64,000 nt of DNA, taken from Ancylobacter sp. GTDB lineage: Bacteria; Pseudomonadota; Alphaproteobacteria; Rhizobiales; Xanthobacteraceae. The stretch spans positions 1,104,674-1,168,673 of the forward strand of contig NZ_CBDDIO010000001.1 of NCBI RefSeq assembly GCF_965229075.1, written 5' to 3'. Both the position numbers and the translations under genes were made by a program. Positions 1-10,077 of the stretch are shown here, piece by piece. How positions within the stretch are numbered: position 1 is the stretch's first letter; each line of letters begins with the position of its first letter. The notes below the pieces were generated by a model that was given only the letters and a program-made list of their open reading frames with translations, had not been told where the DNA came from and ran no database searches.

Positions 1-23
1 GTTGGAGCCTCATCCCCTAGTCA

Positions 24-2105
24 TTACCCCGCGCTCAGCAGCTTCACCGCCACGTCGCGCTCAAACACATGTAGCAACAGCCGCAGGGCCGCGCCACGTG
101 GGCCCCGAAGATCAGAATCGTTCTTGACGATCTCCAGCGCCTCGGCCCGCGCCGCGACGAGAAGATCGCCATGCACCTCAAGCCGCGCCAGCTTGAAGCC
201 GGGAAAGCCGCTCTGCCGCGTGCCGAGCACGTCGCCCTCGCCGCGCAGCTTCAGATCCTGCTCGGCGAGGAAGAACCCGTCCTCGGAAGAGCGCAGCGCC
301 TCCAGCCGCTGGCGGGCGATCTCCCCCAGCGGGCGGCGGTAGAGCAGCACGCAGGTGGAGGCCTCCGAACCGCGTCCGACGCGGCCACGCAGCTGATGAA
401 GCTGCGCGAGGCCGAAACGTTCCGCATGTTCGATCACGATGATGCTGGCCTCGGGCACATCGACGCCCACCTCGACCACGGTGGTGGCGACGAGAAGCTG
501 CGTTTCCCCAGCGGCGAAGGCGGCCATGGCGGCGTCTTTCTCCGCCCCCTTCATCTTGCCGTGGACGAGGCCGACACGGGCGCCGAAATGCGCCGCGAGA
601 TCGGCAAAGCGCGCCTCGGCGGCGGCGAGGTCGGAGGTTTCCGACTCTTCCACCAGCGGGCAGATCCAGTAGGCGCGCCGTCCTTCCGCCAGCGCGCGGC
701 CGAGCCGGGCGACGATCTCGTCGATGCGGTCGGAGGGAATGGCGCGGGTGTCGATGGGCTGGCGGCCGGCAGGCTTCTCGCGCAATTCGCTGGAATCCAT
801 GTCGCCGAAATAGGTCAGCACCAGCGTGCGCGGGATCGGCGTCGCGGTCATAACAAGCACATCCACCGCCTCGCCCTTGGCGGCGAGGGCGAGGCGCTGA
901 TGCACGCCGAAGCGGTGCTGCTCATCGACGATGGCGAGCGCGAGGTCGTGGAAATCCACCCCCTCCTGAAACAGCGCATGGGTGCCGATGACGAGGTCGA
1001 TCTCGCCGGCCGCGAGCCGGGCCAGCAGCTCCGCCCGCCCGCGCCCTTTCTCCCGCCCGGTGAGCAGGGCAACGCGAAGCCCCGCCGCTTCCGCCAGCGG
1101 GGCGATGGTCTTCATGTGCTGGCGGGCGAGGATTTCCGTCGGCGCCATCAATGCCGCCTGCCGGCCGGCCTCGATGACGGTCGCCGCCGCGAGCAGCGCC
1201 ACCACGGTTTTCCCTGAGCCGACATCGCCCTGCAGCAGGCGCAGCATGCGGTCCCGCGAGCCGAGATCGGCGCGGATGGCTTTGAGCGCCTCGGTCTGCG
1301 ACCCCGTGAGCGAGAAGGGCAGGGCCCTGAGAATGCGCGCCGAAAACCGTCCATCGCCAACGCTCGGCCGCCCGGCCTGCTTCACCGTGCTCGCCCGCAG
1401 CAGAGCGAGGGCGAGCTGGCCGGCGAGCAGTTCGTCATAGGCAAGGCGCTGCCAGGCGGGACCTTGCGGGCTCGCATCCAGCGTCTCGCGCGGCTGGTGC
1501 ACTTTGCGCAGCGCATCGAGAAAGCCGATGCCGGGCGGGTCGGCGCGCCATTCCGGCAGCTCCGACACCTGGGTGAACGCGGCTTCGATGGCGCGGCGCA
1601 GATGGCCCTGGCCCAGCCCCTCGACGAGGGGATAGAGCGGCTCGATCGGCGGCAGCTTGGCGAGGCCGGCGGCGTCGACCACCCGGTCGGGGTGAACCAT
1701 CTGCGCCATGCCGTCGTAGAGCGTGACGGTGCCCGAGACCCAGCGCGTCTCGCCGACGGGCAGCAGCCGCTCCATCCAGCTGCGCTCGGCCTTGAAGAAG
1801 GCCAGCGTCAGGTCGCCGGTGGCGTCGTGGCCATAGACACGGTAGGGGGCGCGCGAGCCGCGCGGGGTGGGGACATGGCGGTCGACATGGATTTCCACCG
1901 TCACCACCGTGTCGGGCACGATTTCCGCCAGTGTCGGGCGGGCGCGGCGGTCGATGGTGGAGGCGGGCAGGTGCAGCAGGAGATCGAGCACGCGCGCGCC
2001 CTCCTCCCGCCCCAGCAAGCGGTTGAAGGGCCGGGCCAGCTTCGGGCCGATGCCGGGAAGGCCGGTGATTTCGGCGAAATAGGGATTGAGAAGGTCGGGC
2101 CGCAT
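24..2105 (-). CDS. recG: ATP-dependent DNA helicase RecG
   Basis: 693-aa ORF with SF2 helicase motifs GDVGSGKT (Walker A), VDEQHRFG (DEQH box) and LRGRVGRG (motif VI). The N-terminal wedge-type region and overall layout are typical of RecG. Confidence 0.9.
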   Translation of the reverse strand: MRPDLLNPYFAEITGLPGIGPKLARPFNRLLGREEGARVLDLLLHLPASTIDRRARPTLAEIVPDTVVTVEIHVDRHVPTPRGSRAPYRVYGHDATGDLTLAFFKAERSWMERLLPVGETRWVSGTVTLYDGMAQMVHPDRVVDAAGLAKLPPIEPLYPLVEGLGQGHLRRAIEAAFTQVSELPEWRADPPGIGFLDALRKVHQPRETLDASPQGPAWQRLAYDELLAGQLALALLRASTVKQAGRPSVGDGRFSARILRALPFSLTGSQTEALKAIRADLGSRDRMLRLLQGDVGSGKTVVALLAAATVIEAGRQAALMAPTEILARQHMKTIAPLAEAAGLRVALLTGREKGRGRAELLARLAAGEIDLVIGTHALFQEGVDFHDLALAIVDEQHRFGVHQRLALAAKGEAVDVLVMTATPIPRTLVLTYFGDMDSSELREKPAGRQPIDTRAIPSDRIDEIVARLGRALAEGRRAYWICPLVEESETSDLAAAEARFADLAAHFGARVGLVHGKMKGAEKDAAMAAFAAGETQLLVATTVVEVGVDVPEASIIVIEHAERFGLAQLHQLRGRVGRGSEASTCVLLYRRPLGEIARQRLEALRSSEDGFFLAEQDLKLRGEGDVLGTRQSGFPGFKLARLEVHGDLLVAARAEALEIVKNDSDLRGPRGAALRLLLHVFERDVAVKLLSAG

Positions 2106-2264
2106 GATGCCGGGAAGGTGGACGATAGGCGCGCGGCGCGCAATCGCTTCCCGGGCGTTCTATCAGCCATGCCGACAAGCCACCTGACAGCGGGCGCCAC
2201 CCGCGCTAGAACCGGCGCCTCTTGCGCGGCCGCGCTGGCGTCACCGCGAAACCGAGACCTGGAC

Positions 2265-2561
2265 ATGACCGGAACCACGCGCTCCAGCGCGGGCCTCGAT
2301 GCCCGCCGCCGCCGCATCCTCTACCGCTCCTGGCATCGCGGCACCCGCGAGATGGACCTGCTGATGGGCCGCTTCGCCGATGCCTGCATCGGCGAATTGA
2401 GCGAGGACGAAGTGGCCGATTTCGAGAAGCTGATCGAGGTCGAGGACCCCGACCTGTTCGGCTGGCTCGGCAGCGGCGTGCCGTCGCCGGATTTCGACAC
2501 CCCCGTCTTTCACCGCTTCCGCCAGTTCCATCTGTCGGGCGAGGGCCTGCCGCCGATATGA
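2265..2561 (+). CDS. sdhE: FAD assembly factor SdhE (DUF339)
   Basis: 98-aa ORF inside the longer 1464..2561 frame. It has the RILYRSWHRGTREMDLLMGRF (RGxxE) signature of SdhE. The ATG is at 2265 and the stop overlaps the mfd ATG (ATGA at 2558-2561). Confidence 0.8.
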   Translation: MTGTTRSSAGLDARRRRILYRSWHRGTREMDLLMGRFADACIGELSEDEVADFEKLIEVEDPDLFGWLGSGVPSPDFDTPVFHRFRQFHLSGEGLPPI

Positions 2562-5500
2562 AGACCGCGTTCGCCACCCTGACCTCGAAGCTCGCGCCCG
2601 GCCGCACGGTCACGCTCGCCAATGTGCCGGGCGGGATGGAGGGCCTCGTCGTCGCCGATCTCGCCCGCGCGCTGGCGGCGCAGGACAAAGCGCCCTGGCC
2701 GACGCTGATGGTGATCTGCCGCGACAGCGAGCGCATGGCGGAGCTGGAGCGGGCGCTCGGCTTCTTCGCGCCGGGCGTGGAGGTGCTGCCCTTCCCGGCC
2801 TGGGACTGCCTGCCCTATGACCGCGCCTCCCCCAACAGCGCCATCATCGCCCGCCGCATGACCACGCTGGCGCGGCTCGCCCGGGTGAAGGGGCGCGAGG
2901 CCGGCACCATCCTGCTCACCACGGTAAATGCCGCGCTGCAGCGCGTGCCGAGCCGTGCGCTGATCGCCACCCAGTCCTTCTCCGCCGCGCCGGGCAACGC
3001 GCTCTCGCTCGACGAGGTGGTGGGCTGGGCGGAGATCAACGGCTTCCAGCGCACCTCCACCGTGCGCGACACCGGCGAATATGCGGTGCGCGGCGGCATT
3101 GTCGATCTGTTCCCGCCCGGGCTTCCGGCGCCGGTGCGGCTGGATTTCTTCGGCGACACGCTGGAATCGATCCGCTCCTTCGACCCCGAGACCCAGCGCA
3201 CTGCCATGCAGATGCGCGCGCTCGATCTGGTGCCGATGAGCGAGGTGCAGCTCACCAGCGAGACGATGAAGCGCTTCCGCATGGCCTATGTCGCCGCCTT
3301 CGGCGCGGCGCAGCGCGGCGACATGCTCTATGAGGCGGTGAGCGAGGGCCGGCGCTATCCCGGCATGGAGCACTGGCTGCCGCTGTTCCATGAGGGGCTG
3401 GACACGCTGTTCGACTACGCCCCCGACGCGCCCATCGTCATGGAAGCGCAGGACGACGAGGCCGCCGCCTCCCGCCTCGACCAGATCGCCGATTATTACG
3501 ACGCCCGCCGCCACGGCATGGAGCATGGCGGCGGCACGCCCTACAAGCCGCTGCCGCCGGAGGCGCTCTATCTGACCGCCGAGGAATGGAAGGCCCGGCG
3601 CGAGGCGGCGAAGAACGTCGCGCTCTCCGCCTACGCGCTCCCCGAATCGAAGGACGTGATTGACCTCGACGGCCGCCCGGCCCGCTCCTTCGCGCCCGAG
3701 CGCGCCGACCCCGAAGCCTCGCTGTTCGAGGTGGCGGCCGCCTATCTGCGCGACCTCGCCAAGAAAAAGCGCACCATCCTCGCCGCCTGGTCGGACGGCT
3801 CGCGCGACCGGCTGTCCACCGTGCTCGCCGATCACGGCCTCAAGGGCACGCAGACGGTGGGCTCGCGCGACGCGGCGGAGGCGCTGCCCAAGGGCACCAT
3901 CGCGCTGGCCGTGCTCGGCATCGAAAGTGGCTTCGAGACCGACAGCCTCGCCATCATCGGCGAGCAGGACATTCTCGGCGACCGGCTGGTGCGCCCGAAG
4001 CGCAAGGCGCGCCGGCCGCAGGACGTGATTGCGGAACTCGGCGCGCTCACCGCCGGCGATCTCGTCGTGCATGTCGACCACGGCATCGGCCGCTTCATCG
4101 GGCTGAAGACCATCGAGGCGATGGGCGCGCCGCACGACTGCCTCGAAATCCACTATGCGGAAGGCTCCAAGCTGTTCCTGCCGGTGGAGAACCTCGAACT
4201 CCTGTCGCGCTACGGCTCGGAGGACACCGAGGCGCAGCTCGACCGGCTGGGCGGTGGCGGCTGGCAGGCGCGCAAGGCGCGGATGAAGAGCCGCATCCGC
4301 GAGATGGCGGCCGAGCTGATCAAGGTGGCGGCGCAGCGCCAGACGCAGGAGGCGCCGCGCCTCGTGCCGGCGGCGGGCCTCTATGACGAATTCCGCGCTC
4401 GCTTCCCCTATGAGGAGACCGAGGACCAGGAAGCCGCCATCGAGGCGGTGTTCGACGATCTCGGCTCCGGCCACCCGATGGACCGGCTGGTGTGCGGCGA
4501 TGTCGGCTTCGGCAAGACCGAGGTGGCGCTGCGCGCCGCCTTCGCCGTGGCACTGAACGGCAAGCAGGTGGCGGTGGTGGTGCCGACCACGCTGCTCGCC
4601 CGTCAGCATTTCAAGACCTTCTCCGAGCGCTTCAAGGGGCTGCCCGTCGTGGTGCGGCAAGCCTCGCGGCTGGTGACGGGCAAGGAGCTTTCCGACACCA
4701 AGAAGGGGCTGGCCGACGGCACGGTGGACATCGTGGTCGGCACCCATGCGTTGCTGGGCAAGACGATTTCGTTCCGCGATCTCGGCCTCGTCATCGTCGA
4801 CGAGGAGCAGCATTTCGGCGTCGGCCACAAGGAGCGGCTGAAGCAGATGCGCGCCGAGGTGCATGTGCTGACCCTCACCGCGACGCCCATCCCGCGCACG
4901 CTGCAGCTGGCCATGACCGGGGTGCGCGAACTCTCCATCATCGCCTCGCCGCCGGTGGACCGGCTGGCGGTGCGCAGCTTCGTCACCCCGTTCGATCCCT
5001 TGATCGTGCGCGAGGCGCTGCTGCGCGAGCGCTACCGCGGCGGGCAGAGCTTCTATGTCTGCCCGCGCATCGAGGACCTCGCCGAGGTGAAGGACTTCCT
5101 CGACAAGAGCGTGCCGGAGGTGAAGGTCGCGGTGGCGCATGGCCAGATGGCGGCGACGCAGCTCGAAGAGATCATGTCCGCCTTCTATGACGGGCAGTTC
5201 GACGTGCTGCTCTCCACCACCATCGTCGAATCCGGCCTCGATATTCCCACCGCCAACACGCTGATCATACACCGCGCCGACATGTTCGGCCTCGCCCAGC
5301 TCTACCAGCTGCGCGGGCGCGTCGGCCGCTCCAAGACGCGCGCCTATGCCATCTTCACCCTGCCGGCGGAAAAGCAGGTGACGGCGCAGGCGGACCGGCG
5401 GCTCAAGGTTCTGCAATCGCTCGACACGCTGGGGGCGGGCTTCCAGCTCGCCAGCCACGACCTCGACATTCGCGGCGCCGGCAATCTGCTCGGCGACGAG

Positions 5501-6070
5501 CAGTCCGGCCATATCAAGGAAGTGGGCTACGAGCTGTATCAGGAGATGCTGGAGGAGGCGATCGCCAACCTCAAGGCCGGCATCACCGCGCCGGCGGCGG
5601 ACAAGTGGTCGCCCACCATCTCCATCGGCACGCCGGTGCTGATCCCCGAGGACTATGTGACCGACCTGCATGTCCGCCTCAGCCTCTATCGCCGGCTCGC
5701 CGACATGGAGACCGACGCCGAGATCGAATCCATGGGCGCGGAAATGGTCGACCGCTTCGGCACGCTGCCGGAAGAGGTGGAGCAGTTGCTCAAGCTGGTG
5801 GCGATCAAGGCGCTGTGCCGCCGCGCCAATGTGGAAAAGGTGGATGCCGGCCCGCGCGGCATGGTGCTGACCTTCCGCGACGGGCGCTTCCCCAACCCGG
5901 CCGGTTTCATCACCTATGTCGGCAAGCCGCATGTGGTGGCGAAGATGCGCCCGGACGGCAAGGTGGTGTTCTCGGAGGACTGGCCGAGCGCCAATGCGCG
6001 GCTGAAGGGCAGCGCCGGTATTCTGAAAGAGCTGGCGAAGATTGCGGAGCAGGGGGCGAAGGCCGCCTGA
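2558..6070 (+). CDS. mfd: transcription-repair coupling factor Mfd
   Basis: About 1170 aa starting at MKTAFATLTS. It has a UvrB-homology N-terminus, a CarD/RID-like block (DLVVHVDHGIGRF) and SF2 motifs GDVGFGKTEVA, VDEEQHFGV and LRGRVGRS. Confidence 0.9.
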   Translation: MKTAFATLTSKLAPGRTVTLANVPGGMEGLVVADLARALAAQDKAPWPTLMVICRDSERMAELERALGFFAPGVEVLPFPAWDCLPYDRASPNSAIIARRMTTLARLARVKGREAGTILLTTVNAALQRVPSRALIATQSFSAAPGNALSLDEVVGWAEINGFQRTSTVRDTGEYAVRGGIVDLFPPGLPAPVRLDFFGDTLESIRSFDPETQRTAMQMRALDLVPMSEVQLTSETMKRFRMAYVAAFGAAQRGDMLYEAVSEGRRYPGMEHWLPLFHEGLDTLFDYAPDAPIVMEAQDDEAAASRLDQIADYYDARRHGMEHGGGTPYKPLPPEALYLTAEEWKARREAAKNVALSAYALPESKDVIDLDGRPARSFAPERADPEASLFEVAAAYLRDLAKKKRTILAAWSDGSRDRLSTVLADHGLKGTQTVGSRDAAEALPKGTIALAVLGIESGFETDSLAIIGEQDILGDRLVRPKRKARRPQDVIAELGALTAGDLVVHVDHGIGRFIGLKTIEAMGAPHDCLEIHYAEGSKLFLPVENLELLSRYGSEDTEAQLDRLGGGGWQARKARMKSRIREMAAELIKVAAQRQTQEAPRLVPAAGLYDEFRARFPYEETEDQEAAIEAVFDDLGSGHPMDRLVCGDVGFGKTEVALRAAFAVALNGKQVAVVVPTTLLARQHFKTFSERFKGLPVVVRQASRLVTGKELSDTKKGLADGTVDIVVGTHALLGKTISFRDLGLVIVDEEQHFGVGHKERLKQMRAEVHVLTLTATPIPRTLQLAMTGVRELSIIASPPVDRLAVRSFVTPFDPLIVREALLRERYRGGQSFYVCPRIEDLAEVKDFLDKSVPEVKVAVAHGQMAATQLEEIMSAFYDGQFDVLLSTTIVESGLDIPTANTLIIHRADMFGLAQLYQLRGRVGRSKTRAYAIFTLPAEKQVTAQADRRLKVLQSLDTLGAGFQLASHDLDIRGAGNLLGDEQSGHIKEVGYELYQEMLEEAIANLKAGITAPAADKWSPTISIGTPVLIPEDYVTDLHVRLSLYRRLADMETDAEIESMGAEMVDRFGTLPEEVEQLLKLVAIKALCRRANVEKVDAGPRGMVLTFRDGRFPNPAGFITYVGKPHVVAKMRPDGKVVFSEDWPSANARLKGSAGILKELAKIAEQGAKAA

Positions 6071-6124
6071 GAGCGGCCTCGCGGCGAAGGCGGCGTGACG
6101 GCCGCCTCGCGCTCACGCCGCGCG

Positions 6125-6220
6125 CGTCATCCCGGAAGGACCGCGGGTCCTATCCGGGATCGTGGCGGCATTCCGGACGACGATCCCGGCTCTCCGCCTG
6201 CGGCTGCGGCCGGGATGACG
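6125..6220. repeat. REP/MITE-like nested inverted-repeat element in a convergent intergenic region
   Basis: Outer 11-bp inverted repeat CGTCATCCCGG (6125-6135) / CCGGGATGACG (6210-6220). Inner 10-bp inverted repeat CCGGGATCGT (6154-6163) / ACGATCCCGG (6180-6189). There is also a GGACC-gcg-GGTCC hairpin at 6138-6150. Confidence 0.45.
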
Positions 6221-6239
6221 GTGTTACCCGGCGCGCGGC

Positions 6240-6551
6240 TTATTCCAGCGGGCTTTCATAGGCGCCGTCGGTGTCGGGCATCACATCGGCATCGACATCC
6301 GAGCCCGGGCCGCTGAGGTTTTCATAATTGCCGCCGGCCTGGTCCATATAGTCCTGGCTCTTGTCGGAGCCCGGCTTGTCCGGCAGCGGGCCGTAATCGA
6401 GATAATTCGGGTCGTTGATCGGCGGAATGGTGATCTCCAGCCCGCCCTGCGCCGGCTGGTTCGGGTGCACCTCGATCGGCTGCTGCGCCCCGGCGGACAG
6501 GGTGCCCGCCACGAGCAGGGCGGCGGAGAGGACGGCGTAACGCATGGACAT
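6240..6551 (-). CDS. small exported acidic protein (hypothetical)
   Basis: 103 aa with an N-terminal signal peptide (MSMRYAVLSAALLVAGTLSAGAQQ). The rest is a Pro/Asp/Gly-rich, low-complexity region. Confidence 0.5.
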   Translation of the reverse strand: MSMRYAVLSAALLVAGTLSAGAQQPIEVHPNQPAQGGLEITIPPINDPNYLDYGPLPDKPGSDKSQDYMDQAGGNYENLSGPGSDVDADVMPDTDGAYESPLE

Positions 6552-6723
6552 GGCTCCAGCACTTCATTCCTTCGCGGGTCAACCGGTTCAAGCCGGCCCG
6601 CCGCGCGCATTCCGCCCCTAAGGAACAGGTGACGGCCCGGCTGTCCAGCGGTTCATGCGCCGGGCGACGCGGAATTGACCATGCGACAGCGGGCGTCTGG
6701 CCGGTTTTCGCTGCCCGGTTCCG

Positions 6724-8559
6724 CTAGCCCTTGGCCTGCCACCAGCTTTCGGCCAGCGTGCCCTGCAGGGCCAGCGTCTGCGGCCGTTCCACCTTGCGCC
6801 AGCGCGCCACCCATTGCCCCGGCGTGTAGAACAGCGGCACGGAGAACTGCGCGGAAATCAGCACCCGGTCGAGCGCGCGCACGGCAGAGACGAAATCCTC
6901 CTTGCCCTGGGCCGCCAGCAGCGCCTCGATCATCGCGTCCGCCGCCGGGCTCTTCAGCCCCATGAAGTTGCGCGTGCCGGGCGTGTCGGCGGCGGCGGAG
7001 CCGAAATAGAACGCCTGCTCATTGCCGGGGGAGAGCGACTGGTCCCAGATATAGGGCACCATGTCGTAGTCGTAAGTCTGCTTGCGCGCCTCGAACTGCA
7101 CATTGTCGACGAGGCGGATGTCGAGCCGGACCCCGGCGCGGCGCAGCATGTTCTGATAGGCAAGCGCCAGCCGTTCCTGGTCCTTGGAGCCGACGAGCAG
7201 CTCCGGCGCGAAGGGCTGGCCGGTGCTGCGGTTGCTGAGCGTGCCGGCCTTCAAATCCCAGCCCGCGGCGGCGAACAGGTCCAGCGCCTCGCGCAGCCTT
7301 GTGCGGTCGCGGCCCGTGCCGTCGGAACGCGGCGCCTGCCAGGTGCCGTCCATGACCGCCGGGAGCACCGCGTCGCCATAGGGGGCGAGCAGCGCCCGCT
7401 CGCGCGCATCGGCGGGGCGGCCGAGCGAGGACAGTTCGGAATCGTCGTAGAAGCTGCCATTGCGGCGATAGAGGCCGAAATAGAGGTTCTGATTCGCCCA
7501 TTCGAAATCGAACAGCGCCACCATCGCCTGCCGCACCCGCAAGTCGGAGAACAGCGGGCGGCGCATGTTGAAGATCAGCGCCGAATAGGGCTTGGGCGTG
7601 CCGGTGGCGATCTCTTCGGTAACGATGCGGCCGTCGCGCACGGCGGGAAAATCATAGCCGGTCTTCCAGCGGCCGGGATCGGTTTCGAAGCGTATGTCGT
7701 AGAGGCCGCGCTTGAAGGCTTCAAACTGCGCATTCACATCGCGGTAGAAGTCGTAGCGCAGGCTGTCGAAATTGAAATTGCCGCGATTGACCGGCAGCTC
7801 CGCGCCCCAATAGGCGGGCGCGCGGGTGAGCAGCACGCTCTCGCCCGGCTTCACCTCGCTGGCGATGTAGGGCCCGCTGCCGAGCGGGGCCTTGAAGCTG
7901 GTCTGTTCGAAGGTCGCGGGATCGGTGGCGTGGCGGGCGAGCACCGGCATCAGCGCGAGGATGAGCGGCAATTCGCGGTCGACCACAGCGAAGGTGAAGC
8001 GGATGGCGAGCGGGCCGGTGACCTCGGCCTTCGCCACCTTGCCGTAATAGGTGCGGTGGTTCGGCCGCCCCTTCGCGCGCAGCAATTCGTAGGAGAACAG
8101 CACGTCGTCGGCCGTCACCGGCGTGCCGTCGGAAAAGCGGGCGCGCGGGTCGATCTCGAAGGCAACATAGGAGCGGGCGGCGTCGGTTTCCACGCTGCGG
8201 GCGAGCAGGGCGTAGCAGGTGAACGCCTCGTCCGGGCTGCGCGCCATCAGGCTTTCGACGATATTCCAGCGCACGAAGGGCGGCGCCGTGCCGCGCACAA
8301 TGAACGGGTTCAGGCTGTCGAAGGCGCCGACCGCGCCCTGCACCAGCCGCCCGCCCTTGGGGGCGTCGGGATTGACGCAGCGGTAATGGGCGAAGCCGGG
8401 CGGATAGAGCGGGTCGCCATGCATGGCGAGTCCGTGCCGGGGGCCGGGCGGCGGGGCGCTCTCCTGCGCGCGGGCCGGTACCGCATAGGGGTAGCCCAAG
8501 GCCGCGCCGCCGGCGATTAAGACGTTGCGCGCAAAGGCCCGCCGGGTGATACCGCTCAC
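6724..8559 (-). CDS. ABC transporter substrate-binding protein, family 5 (peptide/YejA-like)
   Basis: Large periplasmic SBP_bac_5-type sequence with a twin-arginine-like leader (SGITRRAFARNVLIAGGAALG). I prefer the GTG at 8559 because AGGAG lies 7 nt upstream. The longest ORF would start at 8604. Confidence 0.8.
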   Translation of the reverse strand: MSGITRRAFARNVLIAGGAALGYPYAVPARAQESAPPPGPRHGLAMHGDPLYPPGFAHYRCVNPDAPKGGRLVQGAVGAFDSLNPFIVRGTAPPFVRWNIVESLMARSPDEAFTCYALLARSVETDAARSYVAFEIDPRARFSDGTPVTADDVLFSYELLRAKGRPNHRTYYGKVAKAEVTGPLAIRFTFAVVDRELPLILALMPVLARHATDPATFEQTSFKAPLGSGPYIASEVKPGESVLLTRAPAYWGAELPVNRGNFNFDSLRYDFYRDVNAQFEAFKRGLYDIRFETDPGRWKTGYDFPAVRDGRIVTEEIATGTPKPYSALIFNMRRPLFSDLRVRQAMVALFDFEWANQNLYFGLYRRNGSFYDDSELSSLGRPADARERALLAPYGDAVLPAVMDGTWQAPRSDGTGRDRTRLREALDLFAAAGWDLKAGTLSNRSTGQPFAPELLVGSKDQERLALAYQNMLRRAGVRLDIRLVDNVQFEARKQTYDYDMVPYIWDQSLSPGNEQAFYFGSAAADTPGTRNFMGLKSPAADAMIEALLAAQGKEDFVSAVRALDRVLISAQFSVPLFYTPGQWVARWRKVERPQTLALQGTLAESWWQAKG

Positions 8560-8740
8560 GCATCGGCTCCTGTTCGAGATTCGGGGCGTAGTCGCCCCCC
8601 ACATCTAGCATGAACCGGACACCGATATGTCCCGGGGTCACTCTGTCGCCTCAATTGCGCTTGAGACAGCCCCACGATCGCGTTATGGCGGCGAGGCGTC
8701 CGCTGTTGTCTCTACCCGGTTCGCTCGACAGGAACTCGAC

Positions 8741-9496
8741 ATGATCCACCGCTCCACTCTCGCGCGCAGCCTGGTTGGCGCCGCCCTGGCGCTGGCCTTC
8801 GCCAGCGGCGCCGCGCTCGCCCAGACGGCGCCGGCCAAGCCGGCTGCCAAGCAGCCGGCCGCTCCCGCCGCCCAGCCCGCCGCGCCGGCCAATGGCCAGC
8901 AGGCCGCTGGCGCGCAGCAGATCCCGGCGATTCCGATTCCGTGGATGAAGCGCTGCCGGCAGGAGCCGTCGATCAACAAGGAGGTCTGCGAAATGGAGCA
9001 GACCATCATCACCGACACCGGGCAGTTCCTCGTCCGCTTCGGCGTGTTCGAGGTGCAGGACGACCCGAAGAAGGCGTTCACCGTCGCCTTCCCGACCGGC
9101 CTGCTGCTGCGCAATGGCTTCCGCGTCGCCCTCGCCAACGAGCAGCCGATCCTCGGCACCTTCGTGATGTGCGACGAGCGCTTCTGCCGCGGCGACATCC
9201 AGGTCGACCAGGGCTTCATCGACCGCATGAAGAAGGCCCCGGGCCTGACGCTGCAGGTCGCCAATGCGGTCGGCCGGCTGATTTCCTACCCGATCGGGCT
9301 CGGCGATTTCGCCAAGGTCTATGACGGCCCGCAGACCGACCCGAAGGTGTTCGAGGCGCAGATCAACAAGATCCAGGAGCAGGTGAAGGCCCGCCAGGAT
9401 CAGCTGAAGGCCGAGGCCGACCAGCGCGAGCAGCAGACCAAGGCCGGTCTCGAAAAGCTCGGCGCCGAAAAGCTGAAGACCGCGCCGGCCCAGTAA
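8741..9496 (+). CDS. invasion-associated locus B (IalB) family periplasmic protein
   Basis: It has a signal peptide, an Ala/Pro-rich linker and an IalB-like core with conserved W/Cys pairs (WMKRCRQEP...VCEMEQ, FVMCDERFCRGD). The C-terminus is a Lys/Gln/Glu-rich tail. Confidence 0.7.
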   Translation: MIHRSTLARSLVGAALALAFASGAALAQTAPAKPAAKQPAAPAAQPAAPANGQQAAGAQQIPAIPIPWMKRCRQEPSINKEVCEMEQTIITDTGQFLVRFGVFEVQDDPKKAFTVAFPTGLLLRNGFRVALANEQPILGTFVMCDERFCRGDIQVDQGFIDRMKKAPGLTLQVANAVGRLISYPIGLGDFAKVYDGPQTDPKVFEAQINKIQEQVKARQDQLKAEADQREQQTKAGLEKLGAEKLKTAPAQ

Positions 9497-9520
9497 GGCC
9501 CGCATTCCTCCCGATACAGA

Positions 9521-9552
9521 AACGCCCGGCGATGAGCCGGGCGTTTTCGTTT
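9521..9552 (+). terminator. rho-independent terminator between convergent genes
   Basis: AACGCCCGGC-gatga-GCCGGGCGTT 10-bp stem followed by TTTCGTTT. It lies between the IalB-family gene and hspQ and may act in both directions. Confidence 0.6.
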
Positions 9553-9577
9553 GGGGCAGGTGGGCAACAGCCGCGAG

Positions 9578-9925
9578 CTATTGCAGCCTCTCGCTGCGCA
9601 CGCGCCAGCCGCCGTCACCATCGGCCGCCAGCATTTCCGGCAGCTGCGGGTGGCGCAGCGGTTCGCCCGTGGTGTCGAGTTCCAGATTCTGCTCCGAGAC
9701 ATAGGCGACGTATTCCGTCTCCGCGTTCTCGGCCAGCAGATGATAGAAGGGCTGGTCCTTGGTCGGGCGGATATGTTCGGGGATCGATTCCCACCACTCA
9801 TCGGTGTTGGAGAATTCCGGGTCCACGTCGAACACAACGCCCCGGAACGGGTAGTGCCTGTGCCGCACGACCTCGCCGATCCGGTATTTGGCGTTGCGCT
9901 CTTTCATCCTGGACCCGTCCGCCAT
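9578..9925 (-). CDS. hspQ: heat shock protein HspQ (hemimethylated DNA-binding, YccV family)
   Basis: KYRIGEVVRHRHYPFRGVVFDVDPEF...PFYHLLAEN is the YccV/HspQ domain. The ATG at 9925 (MADGSRMKERN) gives the usual ~115-aa size. Confidence 0.8.
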   Translation of the reverse strand: MADGSRMKERNAKYRIGEVVRHRHYPFRGVVFDVDPEFSNTDEWWESIPEHIRPTKDQPFYHLLAENAETEYVAYVSEQNLELDTTGEPLRHPQLPEMLAADGDGGWRVRSERLQ

Positions 9926-10077
9926 ACTGAAATGTCCGCCATAGGAGTGGCGCCCCCGTAGCGGGCGAGGCCGGCGCCTGTCAACGCCGCTCATGCAACC
10001 CGTATGCCTGACCGCGCCCGGCGCGGGCACGCCACGTCGCCATTGACCGGGGCGCGGCGAGCCGGTAGCGAGCGCTT

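Noticed and set aside
2510-5932. 1140-aa ORF on the minus strand, antisense to mfd
   Set aside because: It is a typical high-GC antisense open frame. Its product is low-complexity and Arg/Ala/Gly/His-rich with no motifs, while the sense strand encodes a complete Mfd.
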